Shown in pieces: positions 26,001-39,697 of a DNA stretch of 64,000 nt. Each line of letters starts with the position of its first letter. The first letter of the stretch is position 1. A model generated the notes under the pieces. That model was not told where the DNA came from, did no database searches, and was given only the letters and a program-made list of their open reading frames with translations. Both the position numbers and the translations under genes were made by a program. Source of the DNA: the human T2T-CHM13v2.0 reference genome, Homo sapiens; the NCBI RefSeq assembly GCF_009914755.1, contig NC_060933.1. One strand, given 5' to 3'.

Positions 26001-29000
26001 TTGTGCTGTATGTCCTCAATTAACAGAGTTGAACCTTTGTGTGGATACAGCATTTTGGAAACATTCCTTTAGTAGAATCTGCAAGTTGATATTTAGATAG
26101 CTAGGAAGATTTCCTTGGAAACGGGAATATCTTCATATAAAATCTAGACGGAAGCATTCTCAGAAAGTGCTTTGTGATGTTTGCATTCAAGTCACAGAGT
26201 TGAATATTCCCTTTTATAGAGCAGGTTTGAAACACTCTTTCTGCACTACCTGGAAGTGGACATTTGGAGCGCTTTGAGGCCTATGTTGAAAAAGGAAATA
26301 TCTTCCCATAAAAACTAGACAGAAGCATTCTCAGAAACTTGTTTGTGATGTGTGTATTCAACTAACAGAGATGAACCTTTCTTTTTACAGAGCAGTTTTG
26401 AAACACTCTTTTTGTGGAATCTGAAAGTGGATATTTGGATAGCTTTGAGGATTTCGGTGGAAACGGGATTACATATAAAACCTAGAGAGAAGCATTCTCA
26501 GGAACTTCTTTGTGATGTTTGCCTTCAAGTCACAGGACTGAACATTCCCTTTCATAGAGCAGGTTTGAAACACTCTTTCTGTAGTATCTGCAAGCTGACG
26601 TTTCAAGCGCTTTCAGGCCTATGGTGAGAAAGGAAATATCTTCAAGTAAAAACTAGACAGAAGCATTCTCAGAAACTTATTTGCCATGTGTGTTCTCAAC
26701 TAACAGAGTTGAACCTTTGTTTTGATACGGCATTTTGGAAACACTCTTTTTGTAGAATCTGCAGGTGGATATTCGGATAGCTTTGAAGGTTTCTTTGGAA
26801 ACGGGAATATCTTCATATAAAATCTAGACGGAAGCATTCTCAGAAACTGCTTTGTGATGTTTTCATTCAAGTCACAGAGTAGAATGTTCCCTGTTATATA
26901 CCAGGTTTGAGACACTCTTTCTGCACTACCTGGAAGTGGACGTTTGGAGCGCTTTGAGGCCTATGTTGAAAAAGGAAATATCTTTCCATAAAAACTAGAC
27001 AGAAGCATTCTCAGAAACTTGTTTGTGATGTGTGTATTCAACTAACAGAGATGAACCTTTCTTTTTACAGAGCAGTTTTGAAACACTCTTTTTGTGGAAT
27101 CTGAAAGTGGATATTTGGATAGCTTTGCGGATTTCGTTGGAAACGGGATTACATATAAAATCTAGGGAGAAGCATTCTCAGGAACTTCTTTGTGATGTTT
27201 GCATTCAAGTCACAGAACTGAACATTCCCTTTCATAGAGCAGGTTTGAAACACTCTTTCTGTAGTATCTGCAAGTGGACGTTTCAAGCGCTTTCAGGCCT
27301 GTGGTGAAAAAGGAAATATCTTCAAATAAAAACTAGACAGAAGCATTCTCAGAAACTTATTTGCGATGTGTGTTCTCAGCTAACAGAGTTGAACCTTTGT
27401 TTTGATACAGCATTTTGGAAACACTCTTTTTGTAGGATCTGCAGGTGGATATTTGGATAGCTTTGAAGGTTTCTTTGGAAACGGGAATATCTTTATATAA
27501 AATCAAGACAGAAGCATTCTCAGAAACTTCTCTGTGATGTTTGCATTCAACTCATAGAGTTGAACACTTCCTTTCATAGAGCTGGTTTGAAATACTCTTT
27601 TTGTAATATTTGGAAGTGGACATTGGCAGCGCTTTGAAGCCTATGGTGAAAAAGGAGATATCTTCTCCTAAAAACCAGACAGAAGCATTCTCAGAATCTT
27701 TCTTGTGATGTGTGTACTCAAGTAACAGAGGTGAACCTTCATTTTGACAGAGCAGTTTTGAAGCACTCTTTTGGTAGAATCTGCAAGTGGATATTTTGAT
27801 ACCTTTGAGGATTTCGTTAGACACGGGATATCTTCATATAAAATCTAGACAGAAGCATTCTCAGAAACTTCTTTGTGCTGTATGTCCTCAATTAACAGAG
27901 TTGAACCTTTGTGTGGATACAGCATTTTGGAAACATTCCTTTAGTAGAATCTGCAAGTTGATATTTAGATAGCTAGGAAGATTTCCTTGGAAACGGGAAT
28001 ATCTTCATATAAAATCTAGACGGAAGCATTCTCAGAAAGTGCTTTGTGATGTTTGCATTCAAGTCACAGAGTTGAATATTCCCTTTTATAGAGCAGGTTT
28101 GAAACACTCTTTCTGCACTATCTGGAAGTGGACATTTGGAGCGCTTTGAGGCCTATGTTGAAAAAGGAAATATCTTCCCATAAAAACTAGACAGAAGCAT
28201 TCTCAGAAACTTGTTTGTGATGTGTGTATTCAACTAACAGAGATGAACCTTTCTTTTTACAGAGCAGTTTTGAAACACTCTTTTTGTGGAATCTGAAAGT
28301 GGATATTTGGATAGCTTTGAGGATTTCGTTGGAAACGGGATTACATATAAAACCTAGAGAGAAGCATTCTCAGGAACTTCTTTGTGATGTTTGCATTCAA
28401 GTCACAGAACTGAACATTCCCTTTCATAGAGCAGGTTTGAAACACTCTTTCTGTAGTATCTGCAAGCTGACGTTTCAAGCGCTTTCAGGCCTATGGTGAG
28501 AAAGGAAATATCTTCAAGTAAAAACTAGACAGAAGCATTCTCAGAAACTTATTTGCCATGTGTGTTCTCAACTAACAGAGTTGAACCTTTGTTTTGATAC
28601 GGCATTTTGGAAATACTCTTTTTGTAGAATCTGCAGGTGGATATTCGGATAGCTTTGAAGGTTTCGTTGGAAACGGGAATATCTTCATATAAAATCTAGA
28701 CGGAAGCATTCTCAGAAACTGCTTTGTGATGTTTTCATTCAAGTCACAGAGTAGAATGTTCCCTGTTATATACCAGGTTTGAGACACTCTTTCCGCACTA
28801 CCTGGAAGTGGACATTTGGAGCGCTTTGAGGCCCATGATGAAAAAGGAAATATCTTCCCATAAAAACTAGACAGAAGCATTCTCAGAAACTTGTTTGTGA
28901 TGTGTGTATTCCACTAACAGAGATGAACCTTTCTTTTTACAGAGCAGTTTTGAAACACTCTTTTTGTGGAATCTGGAAGTGGATATTTGGATAGCTTTGA

Positions 29001-32000
29001 GGATTTCGTTGGAAACGGGATTACATATAAAATCTAGAGAGAAGCATTCTCAGGAACTTCTTTGTGATGTTTGCATTCAAGTCACAGAACTGAACATTCC
29101 CTTTCATAGAGCATGTTTGAAACACTCTTTCTGTAGTATCTGCAAACGGACATTTCAAACGCTTTCAGGCCTATGGTGAGAAAGGAAATATCTTCAAATA
29201 AAAACTAGACAGAAGCATTCTCAGAAACTTATTTGCGATGTGTGTCCTCAACTAACAGAGTTGAACCTTTCTTTTGATACAACATTTTGGAAACACTCTT
29301 TTTGTAGAATCTGCAAGTGGATATTTGGATAGCTTTGAAGGTTTCGTTGGAAACGGGAATATCTTCATATAAAATCAAGACAGAAGCATTCTCCGAAACT
29401 TCTCTGTGATGTTTGTATTCAACTCATAGAGTTGAACACTTCCCTTCATACAGCAGGTTTGAAACACTCTTTTTGTAATATTTGGAAGTGGACATTTGCA
29501 GCGCTTTGAGGCCTATGACGAAAAAGGTAATATCTTCCCATAAAAACTAGACAGAAGCATTCTCAGAAACTTGTTTGTGATGTGTGTATTCAACTAACAG
29601 AGATGAACCTTTCTTTTTACAGAGCAGTTTTGAAACACTCTTTTTGTGGAATCTGAAAGTGGATATTTGGATAGCTTTGCGGATTTCTTTGGAAACGGGA
29701 TTACATATAAAATCTAGAGAGAAGCATTCTCAAGAACTTCTTTGTGATGTTTGCATTCAAGTCACAGAACTGAACATTCCCTTTCATAGAGCAGGTTTGA
29801 AACACTCTTTCTGTAGTATCTGCAAGCGGACGTTTTAAGCGCTTTCAGGCCTGTGGTGAGAAAGGAAATATCTTCAAATAAAAACTAGACAGAAGCATTC
29901 TCAGAAACTTATTTGCGATGTGTGTCCTCAACTAACAGAGTTGAACCTTTCTTTTGATACAACATTTTGGAAACACTCTTTTTGTAGAATCTGCAAGTGG
30001 ATATTTGGATAGCTTTGAAGGTTTCGTTGGAAACGGGAATATCTTCATATGAAATCAAGACAGAAGCATTCTCAGAAACTTCTCTGTGATGTTTGCATTC
30101 AACTCATAGAGTTGAACACTTCCCTTCATACAGCAGGTTTGAAACACTCTTTTTCTAATATTTGGAAGTGGACATTTGCAGCGCTTTGAGGCCTATGTTG
30201 AAAAAGGAAATATCTTCTCCTAAAAACCAGACAGAAGCATTCTCAGAAACTTCCTTGTGATGTGTGTACTCAAGTAACAGAGTTGAACCTTCCTTTTGAC
30301 AGAGCAGTTTTGAAGCACTCTTTTTGTAGAATCTGCAAGTGGATATTTTGATACCTTTGAGGATTTCGTTGGACACGGGATATCTTCATATAAAATCTAG
30401 ACAGAAGCATTCTCAGAAACTTCTTTGTGCTGTATGTCCTCAATTAACAGAGTTGAACCTTTGTGTGGATACAGCATTTTGGAAACATTCCTTTAGTAGA
30501 ATCTGCAAGTTGATATTTAGATAGCTAGGAAGATTTCCTTGGAAACGGGAATATCTTCATATAAAATCTAGACGGAAGCATTCTCAGAAAGTGCTTTGTG
30601 ATGTTTGCATTCAAGTCACAGAGTTGAATATTCCCTTTTATAGAGCAGGTTTGAAACACTCTTTCTGCACTACCTGGAAGTGGACATTTGGAGCGCTTTG
30701 AGGCCTATGTTGAAAAAGGAAATATCTTCCCATAAAAACTAGACAGAAGCATTCTCAGAAACTTGTTTGTGATGTGTGTATTCAACTAACAGAGATGAAC
30801 CTTTCTTTTTACAGAGCAGTTTTGAAACACTCTTTTTGTGGAATCTGAAAGTGGATATTTGGATAGCTTTGAGGATTTCGTTGGAAACGGGATTACATAT
30901 AAAACCTAGAGAGAAGCATTCTCAGGAACTTCTTTGTGATGTTTGCCTTCAAGTCACAGGACTGAACATTCCCTTTCATAGAGCAGGTTTGAAAAACTCT
31001 TTCTGTAGTATCTGCAAGCTGACGTTTCAAGCGCTTTCAGGCCTATGGTGAGAAAGGAAATATCTTCAAGTAAAAACTAGACAGAAGCATTCTCAGAAAC
31101 TTATTTGCCATGTGTGTTCTCAACTAACAGAGTTGAACCTTTGTTTTGATACGGCATTTTGGAAACACTCTTTTTGTAGAATCTGCAGGTGGATATTCGG
31201 ATAGCTTTGAAGGTTTCGTTGGAAACGGGAATATCTTCATATAAAATGTAGACGGAAGCATTCTCAGAAACTGCTTTGTGATGTTTTCATTCAAGTCACA
31301 GAGTAGAATGTTCCCTGTTATATACCAGGTTTGAGACACTCTTTCTGCACTACCTGGAAGTGGACGTTTGGAGCGCTTTGAGGCCTATGTTGAAAAAGGA
31401 AATATCTTCCCATAAAAACTAGACAGAAGCATTCTCAGAAACTTGTTTGTGATGTGTGTATTCAACTAACAGAGATGAACCTTTCTTTTTACAGAGCAGT
31501 TTTGAAACACTCTTTTTGTGGAATCTGAAAGTGGATATTTGGATAGCTTTGAGGATTTCGTTGGAAACGGGATTACATATAAAATCTAGGGAGAAGCATT
31601 CTCAGGAACTTCTTTGTGATGTTTGCATTCAAGTCACAGAACTGAACATTCCCTTTCATAGAGCAGGTTTGAAACACTCTTTCTGTAGTGTCTGCAAGTG
31701 GACGTTTCAAGCGCTTTCAGGCCTGTGGTGAAAAAGGAAATATCTTCAAATAGAAACTAGACAGAAGCATTCTCAGAAACTTATTTGCGATGTGTGTTCT
31801 CAGCTAACAGAGTTGAACCTTTGTTTTGATACAGCATTTTGGAAACACTCTTTTTGTAGGATCTGCAGGTGGATATTTGGATAGCTTTGAAGGTTTCTTT
31901 GGAAACGGGAATATCTTCATATAAAATCAAGACAGAAGCATTCTCAGAAACTTCTCTGTGATGTTTGCATTCAACTCATAGAGTTGAACACTTCCTTTCA

Positions 32001-33402
32001 TAGAGCTCGTTTGAAATACTCTTTTTGTAATATTTGGAAGTGGACATTGGCAGCGCTTTGAAGCCTATGGTGAAAAAGGAGATATCTTCTCCTAAAAACC
32101 AGACAGAAGCATTCTCAGAATCTTTCTTGTGATGTGTGTACTCAAGTAACAGAGGTGAACCTTCATTTTGACAGAGCAGTTTTGAAGCACTCTTTTTGTA
32201 GAATCTGCAAGTGGATATTTTGATACCTTTGAGGATTTCGTTAGACACGGGATATCTTCATATAAAATCTAGACAGAAGCATTCTCAGAAACTTCTTTGT
32301 GCTGTATGTCCTCAATTAACAGAGTTGAACCTTTGTGTGGATACAGCATTTTGGAAACATTCCTTTAGTAGAATCTGCAAGTTGATATTTAGATAGCTAG
32401 GAAGATTTCCTTGGAAACGGGAATATCTTCATATAAAATCTAGACGGAAGCATTCTCAGAAAGTGCTTTGTGATGTTTGCATTCAAGTCACAGAGTTGAA
32501 TAATCCCTTTTATAGAGCAGGTTTGAAACACTCTTTCTGCACTACCTGGAAGTGGACATTTGGAGCGCTTTGAGGCCTATGTTGAAAAAGGAAATATCTT
32601 CCCATAAAAACTAGACAGAAGCATTCTCAGAAACTTGTTTGTGATGTGTGTATTCAACTAACAGAGATGAACCTTTCTTTTTACAGAGCAGTTTTGAAAC
32701 ACTCTTTTTGTGGAATCTGAAAGTGGATATTTGGATAGCTTTGAGGATTTCTTTGGAAACGGGATTACATATAAAATCTAGGGAGAAGCATTCTCAGGAA
32801 CTTCTTTGTGATGTTTGCATTCAAGTCACAGAACTGAACATTCCCTTTCATAGAGCAGGTTTGAAACACTCTTTCTGTAGTATCTGCAAGTGAACGTTTC
32901 AAGCGCTTTCAGGCCTGTGGTGAAAAAGGAAATATCTTCAAATAAAAACTAGACAGAAGCATTCTCAGAAACTTATTTGCGATGTGTGTTCTCAGCTAAC
33001 AGAGTTGAACCTTTGTTTTGATACAGCATTTTGGAAACACTCTTTTTGTAGGATCTGCAGGTGGATATTTGGATAGCTTTGAAGGTTTCTTTGGAAACGG
33101 GAATATCTTCATATAAAATCAAGACAGAAGCATTCTCAGAAACTTCTCTGTGATGTTTGCATTCAACTCATAGAGTTGAACACTTCCTTTCATAGAGCTG
33201 GTTTGAAATACTCTTTTTGTAATATTTGGAAGTGGACATTGGCAGCGCTTTGAAGCCTATGGTGAAAAAGGAGATATCTTCTCCTAAAAACCAGACAGAA
33301 GCATTCTCAGAATCTTTCTTGTGATGTGTGTACTCAAGTAACAGAGTTGAACCTTCATTTTGACAGAGCAGTTTGGAAGCACTCTTTTTGTAGAATCTGC
33401 AA

Positions 33403-36400
33403 GTGGATATTTTGATACCTTTGAGGATTTCGTTAGACACGGGATATCTTCATATAAAATCTAGACAGAAGCATTCTCAGAAACTTCTTTGTGCTGTATG
33501 TCCTCAATTAACAGAGTTGAACCTTTGTGTGGATACAGCATTTTGGAAACATTCCTTTAGTAGAATCTGCAAGTTGATATTTAGATAACTAGGAAGATTT
33601 CCTTGGAAACGGGAATATCTTCATATAAAATCTAGACGGAAGCATTCTCAGAAAGTGCTTTGTGATGTTTGCATTCAAGTCACAGAGTTGAGTATTCCCT
33701 TTAATAGAGCAGGTTTGAAACACTCTTTCTGCACTACCTGGAAGTGGACATTTTGAGCGCTTTGAGGCCTATGTTGAAAAAGGAAATATCTTCCCATAAA
33801 AACTAGACAGAAGCATTCTCAGAAACTTGTTTGTGATGTGTGTATTCAACTAACAGAGATGAACCTTTCTTTTTACAGAGCAGTTTTGAAACACTCTTTT
33901 TGTGGAATCTGCAAGTGGATATTTGGATAGCTTTGAGGATTTCGTTGGAAACGGGATTACATATAAAACCTAGAGAGAAGCATTCTCAGGAACTTCTTTG
34001 TGATGTTGGCCTTCAAGTCACAGGACTGAACATTCCCTTTCATAGAGCAGGTTTGAAACACTCTTTCTGTAGTATCTGCAAGCTGATGTTTCAAGCGCTT
34101 TCAGGCCTATGGTGAGAAAGGAAATATCTTCAAGTAAAAACTAGACAGAAGCATTCTCAGAAACTTATTTGCCATGTGTGTTCTCAGCTAACAGAGTTGA
34201 ACCTTTGTTTTGATACGGCATTTTGGAAACACTCTTTTTGTAGAATCTGCAGGTGGATATTCGGATAGCTTTGAAGGTTTCGTTGGAAACGGGAATATCT
34301 TCATATAAAATCTAGACGGAAGCATTCTCAGAAACTGCTTTGTGATGTTTTCATTCAAGTCACAGAGTAGAATGTTCCCTGTTATATACCAGGTTTGAGA
34401 CACTCTTTCTGCACTACCTGGAAGTGGACATTTGGAGCGCTTTGAGGCCTATGATGAAAAAGGAAATATCTTCCCATAAAAACTAGACAGAAGCATTCTC
34501 AGAAACTTGTTTGTGATGTGTGTATTCAACTAACAGAGATGAACCTTTCTTTTTACAGAGCAGTTTTGAAACACTCTTTTTGTGGAATCTGAAAGTGGAT
34601 ATTTGGATAGCTTTGAGGATTTCGTTGGAAACGGGATTACATATAAAACCTAGAGAGAAGCATTCTCAGGAGCTTCTCTGTGATGTTTGCATTCAAGTCA
34701 CAGAACTGAACATTCCCTTTCATAGAGCAGGTTTGAAACACTCTTTCTGTAGTATCTGCAAGCTGACGTTTCAAGCGCTTTCAGGCCTATGGTGAGAAAG
34801 GAAATATCTTCAAGTAAAAACTAGACAGAAGCATTCTCAGAAACTTATTTGCGATGTGTGTTCTCAACTAACAGAGTTGAACCTTTGTTTTGATATGGCA
34901 TTTTGGAAACACTCTTTTTGTAGAATCTGCAGGTGGATATTCGGATAGCTTTGAAGGTTTCGTTGGAAACGGGAATATCTTCATATAAAATCTAGACGGA
35001 AGCATTCTCAGAAACTGCTTTGTGATGTTTTCATTCAAGTCACAGAGTAGAATGTTCCCTGTTATATACCAGGTTTGAGACACTCTTTCTGCACTACCTG
35101 GAAGTGGACATTTGCAGCGCTTTGAGGCCTATGATGAAAAAGGAAATATCTTCCCATAAAAACTAGACAGAAGCATTCTCAGAAACTTGTTTGTGATGTG
35201 TGTATTCAACTAACAGAGATGAACCTTTCTTTTTACAGAGCAGTTTTGAAACACTCTTTTTGTGGAATCTGAAAGTGGATATTTGGATAGCTTTGAGGAT
35301 TTCGTTGGAAACGGGATTACATATAAAATCTAGAGAGAAGCATTCTCAGGAACTTCTTTGCGATGTTTGCATTCACGTCACAGAACTGAACATTCCCTTT
35401 CATAGAGCAGGTTTGAAACACTCTTTCTGTAGTATCTGCAAACGGACATTTCAAACGCTTTCAGGCCTATGGTGAGAAAGGAAATATCTTCAAATAAAAA
35501 CTAGACAGAAGCATTCTCAGAAACTTATTTGCGATGTGTGTCCTCAACTAACAGAGTTGAACCTTTCTTTTGATACAACATTTTGGAAACACTCTTTTTG
35601 TAGAATCTTCAAGTGGATATTTGAATAGCTTTGAAGGTTTCGTTGGAAACGGGAATATCTTCATATAAAATCAAGACAGAAGCATTCTCAGAAACTTCTC
35701 TGTGATGTTTGCATTCAACTCATAGAGTTGAACACTTCCCTTCATACAGCAGGTTTGAAACACTCTTTTTGTAATATTTGGAAGTGGACATTTGCAGCGC
35801 TTTGAGGCCTATGATGAAAAAGGAAATATCTTCCCATAAAAACTAGACAGAAGCATTCTCAGAAACTTGTTTGTGATGTGTGTATTCAACTAAGAGAGAT
35901 GAACCTTTCTTTTTACAGAGCAGTTTTGAAACACTCTTTTTGTGGAATCTGAAAGTGGATATTTGGATAGCTTTGCGGATTTCGTTGGAAACGGGATTAC
36001 ATATAAAATCTAGGGAGAAGCATTCTCAGGAACTTCTTTGTGATGTTTGCATTCAAGTCACAGAACTGAACATTCCCTTTCATAGATCAGGTTTGAAACA
36101 CTCTTTCTGTAGTATCTGCAAGCGGACGTTTTAAGCGCTTTCAGGCCTGTGGTGAGAAAGGAAATATCTTCAAATAAAAACTAGACAGAAGCATTCTCAG
36201 AAACTTATTTGCGATGTGTGTCCTCAACTAACAGAGTTGAACCTTTCTTTTGATACAACATTTTGGAAACACTCTTTTTGTAGAATCTCCAAGTGGATAT
36301 TTGGATAGCTTTGAAGGTTTCGTTGGAAACGGGAATATCTTCATATGAAATCAAGACAGAAGCATTCTCAGAAACTTCTCTGTGATGTTTGCATTCAACT

Positions 36401-36634
36401 CATAGAGTTGAACACTTGCCTTCATACAGCAGGTTTGAAACACTCTTTTTCTAATATTTGGAAGTGGACATTTGCAGCGCTTTGAGGCCTATGTTGAAAA
36501 AGGAAATATCTTCTCCTAAAAACCAGACAGAAGCATTCTCAGAAACTTCCTTGTGATGTGTGTACTCAAGTAACAGAGTTGAACCTTCCTTTTGACAGAG
36601 CAGTTTTGAAGCACTCTTTTTGTAGAATCTGCAA
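33403..36634 (+). repeat. 19-mer HOR unit (3232 bp): trimer plus four distinguishable tetramers
   Basis: Marker spacing is 3232, with tetramer ORF starts at 33840, 34520, 35200 and 35880. The size matches the about 3.2-kb 19-mer known for D4Z1. Confidence 0.9.
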
Positions 36635-39600
36635 GTGGATATTTTGATACCTTTGAGGATTTCGTTGGACACGGGATATCTTCATATAAAATCTAGACAG
36701 AAGCATTCTCAGAAACTTCTTTGTGCTGTATGTCCTCAATTAACAGAGTTGAACCATTGTGTGGATACAGCATTTTGGAAACATTCCTTTAGTAGAATTT
36801 GCAAGTTGATATTTAGATAGCTAGGAAGATTTCCTTGGAAACGGGAATATCTTCATATAAAATCTAGACGGAAGCATTCTCAGAAAGTGCTTTGTGATGT
36901 TTGCATTCAAGTCACAGAGTTGAATATTCCCTTTTATAGAGTAGGTTTGAAACACTCTTTCTGCACTACCTGGAAGTGGACATTTGGAGCGCTTTGAGGC
37001 CTATGTTGAAAAAGGAAATATCTTCCCATAAAAACTAGACAGAAGCATTCTCAGAAACTTGTTTGTGATGTGTGTATTCAACTAACAGAGATGAACCTTT
37101 CTTTTTACAGAGCAGTTTTGAAACACTCTTTTTGTGGAATCTGAAAGTGGATATTTGATAGCTTTGAGGATTTCGTTGGAAACGGGATTACATATAAAAC
37201 CTAGAGAGAAGCATTCTCAGGAACTTCTTTGTGATGTTTGCCTTCAAGTCACAGGACTGAACATTCCCTTTCATAGAGCAGGTTTGAAACACTCTTTCTG
37301 TAGTATCTGCAAGCTGACGTTTCATGCGCTTTCAGGCCTATGGTGAGAAAGGAAATATCTTCAAGTAAAAACTAGACAGAAGCATTCTCAGAAACTTATT
37401 TGCCATGTGTGTTCTCAACTAACAGAGTTGAACCTTTGTTTTGATACAGCATTTTGGAAACACTCTTTTTGTAGGATCTGCAGGTGGATGTTTGGATAGC
37501 TTTGAAGGTTTCTTTGGAAACGGGAATATCTTCATATAAAATCAAGACAGAAGCATTCTCAGAAACTTCTCTGTGATGTTTGCATTCAACTCATAGAGTT
37601 GAACACTTCCCTTCATACAGCAGGTTTGAAACACTCTTTTTGTAATATTTGGAAGTGGACATTTGCAGTGATTTGAGGCCTATGATGAAAAAGGTAATAT
37701 CTTCCCATAAAAACTAGACAGAAGCATTCTCAGAAACTTGTTTGTGATGTGTGTATTCAACTAACAGAGATGAACCTTTCTTTTTACAGAGCAGTTTTGA
37801 AACACTCTTTTTGTGGAATCTGAAAGTGGATATTTGGATAGCTTTGCGGATTTCGTTGGAAACGGGATTACATATAAAATCTAGGGAGAAGCATTCTCAG
37901 GAACTTCTTTGTGATGTTTGCATTCAAGTCACAGAACTGAACATTCCCTTTCATAGAGCAGGTTTGAAACACTCTTTCTGTAGTATCTGCAAGCGGACGT
38001 TTTAAGCGCTTTCAGGCCTGTGGTGAGAAAGGAAATATCTTCAAATAAAAACTAGACAGAAGCATTCTCAGAAACTTATTTGCGATGTGTGTCCTCAACT
38101 AACAGAGTTGAACCTTTCTTTTGATACAACATTTTGGAAACACTCTTTTTGTAGAATCTGCAAGTGGATATTTGGATAGCTTTGAAGGTTTCGTTGGAAA
38201 CGGGAATATCTTCATATGAAATCAAGACAGAAGCATTCTCAGAAACTTCTCTGTGATGTTTGCATTCAACTCATAGAGTTGAACACTTCCCTTCATACAG
38301 CAGGTTTGAAACACTCTTTTTCTAATATTTGGAAGTGGACATTTGCAGCGCTTTGAGGCCTATGTTGAAAAAGGAAATATCTTCTCCTAAAAACCAGACA
38401 GAAGCATTCTCAGAAACTTCCTTGTGATGTGTGTACTCAAGTAACAGAGTTGAACCTTCCTTTTGACAGAGCAGTTTTGAAGCACTCTTTTTGTAGAATC
38501 TGCAAGTGGATATTTTGATACCTTTGAGGATTTCGTTGGACACGGGATATCTTCATATAAAATCTAGACAGAAGCATTCTCAGAAACTTCTTTGTGCTGT
38601 ATGTCCTCAATTAACAGAGTTGAACCTTTGTGTGGATACAGCATTTTGGAAACATTCCTTTAGTAGAATCTGCAAGTTGATATTTAGATAGCTAGGAAGA
38701 TTTCCTTGGAAACGGGAATATCTTCATATAAAATCTAGACGGAAGCATTCTCAGAAAATGCTTTGTGATGTTTGCATTCAAGTCACAGAGTTGAATATTC
38801 CCTTTTATAGAGCAGGTTTGAAACACTCTTTCTGCACTACCTGGAAGTGGACATTTGGAGCGCTTTGAGGCCTATGTTGAAAAAGGAAATATCTTCCCAT
38901 AAAAACTAGACAGAAGCATTCTCAGAAACTTGTTTGTGATGTGTGTATTCAACTAACAGAGATGAACCTTTCTTTTTACAGAGCAGTTTTGAAACACTCT
39001 TTTTGTGGAATCTGATAGTGGATATTTGGATAGCTTTGAGGATTTCGTTGGAAACGGGATTACATATAAAATCTAGGGAGAAGCATTCTCAGGAACTTCT
39101 TTGTGATGTTTGCATTCAAGTCACAGAACTGAACATTCCCTTTCATAGAGCAGGTTTGAAACACTCTTTCTGTAGTATCTGCAAGTGAACGTTTCAAGCT
39201 CTTTCAGGCCTGTGGTGAAAAAGGAAATATCTTCAAATAAAAACTAGACAGAAGCATTCTCAGAAACTTATTTGCGATGTGTGTTCTCAGCTAACAGAGT
39301 TCAACCTTTGTTTTGATACAGCATTTTGGAAACACTCTTTTTGTAGGATCTGCAGGTGGATATTTGGATAGCTTTGAAGGTTTCTTTGGAAACAGGAATA
39401 TCTTCATATAAAATCAAGACAGAAGCATTCTCAGAAACTTCTCTGTGATGTTTGCATTCAACTCATAGAGTTGAACACTTCCTTTCATAGAGCTGGTTTG
39501 AAATACTCTTTTTGTAATATTTGGAAGTGGACATTGGCAGCGCTTTGAAGCCTATGGTGAAAAAGGAGATATCTTCTCCTAAAAACCAGACAGAAGCATT

Positions 39601-39697
39601 CTCAGAATCTTTCTTGTGATGTGTGTACTCAAGTAACAGAGTTGAACCTTCATTTTGACAGAGCAGTTTTGAAGCACTCTTTTTGTAGAATCTGCAA

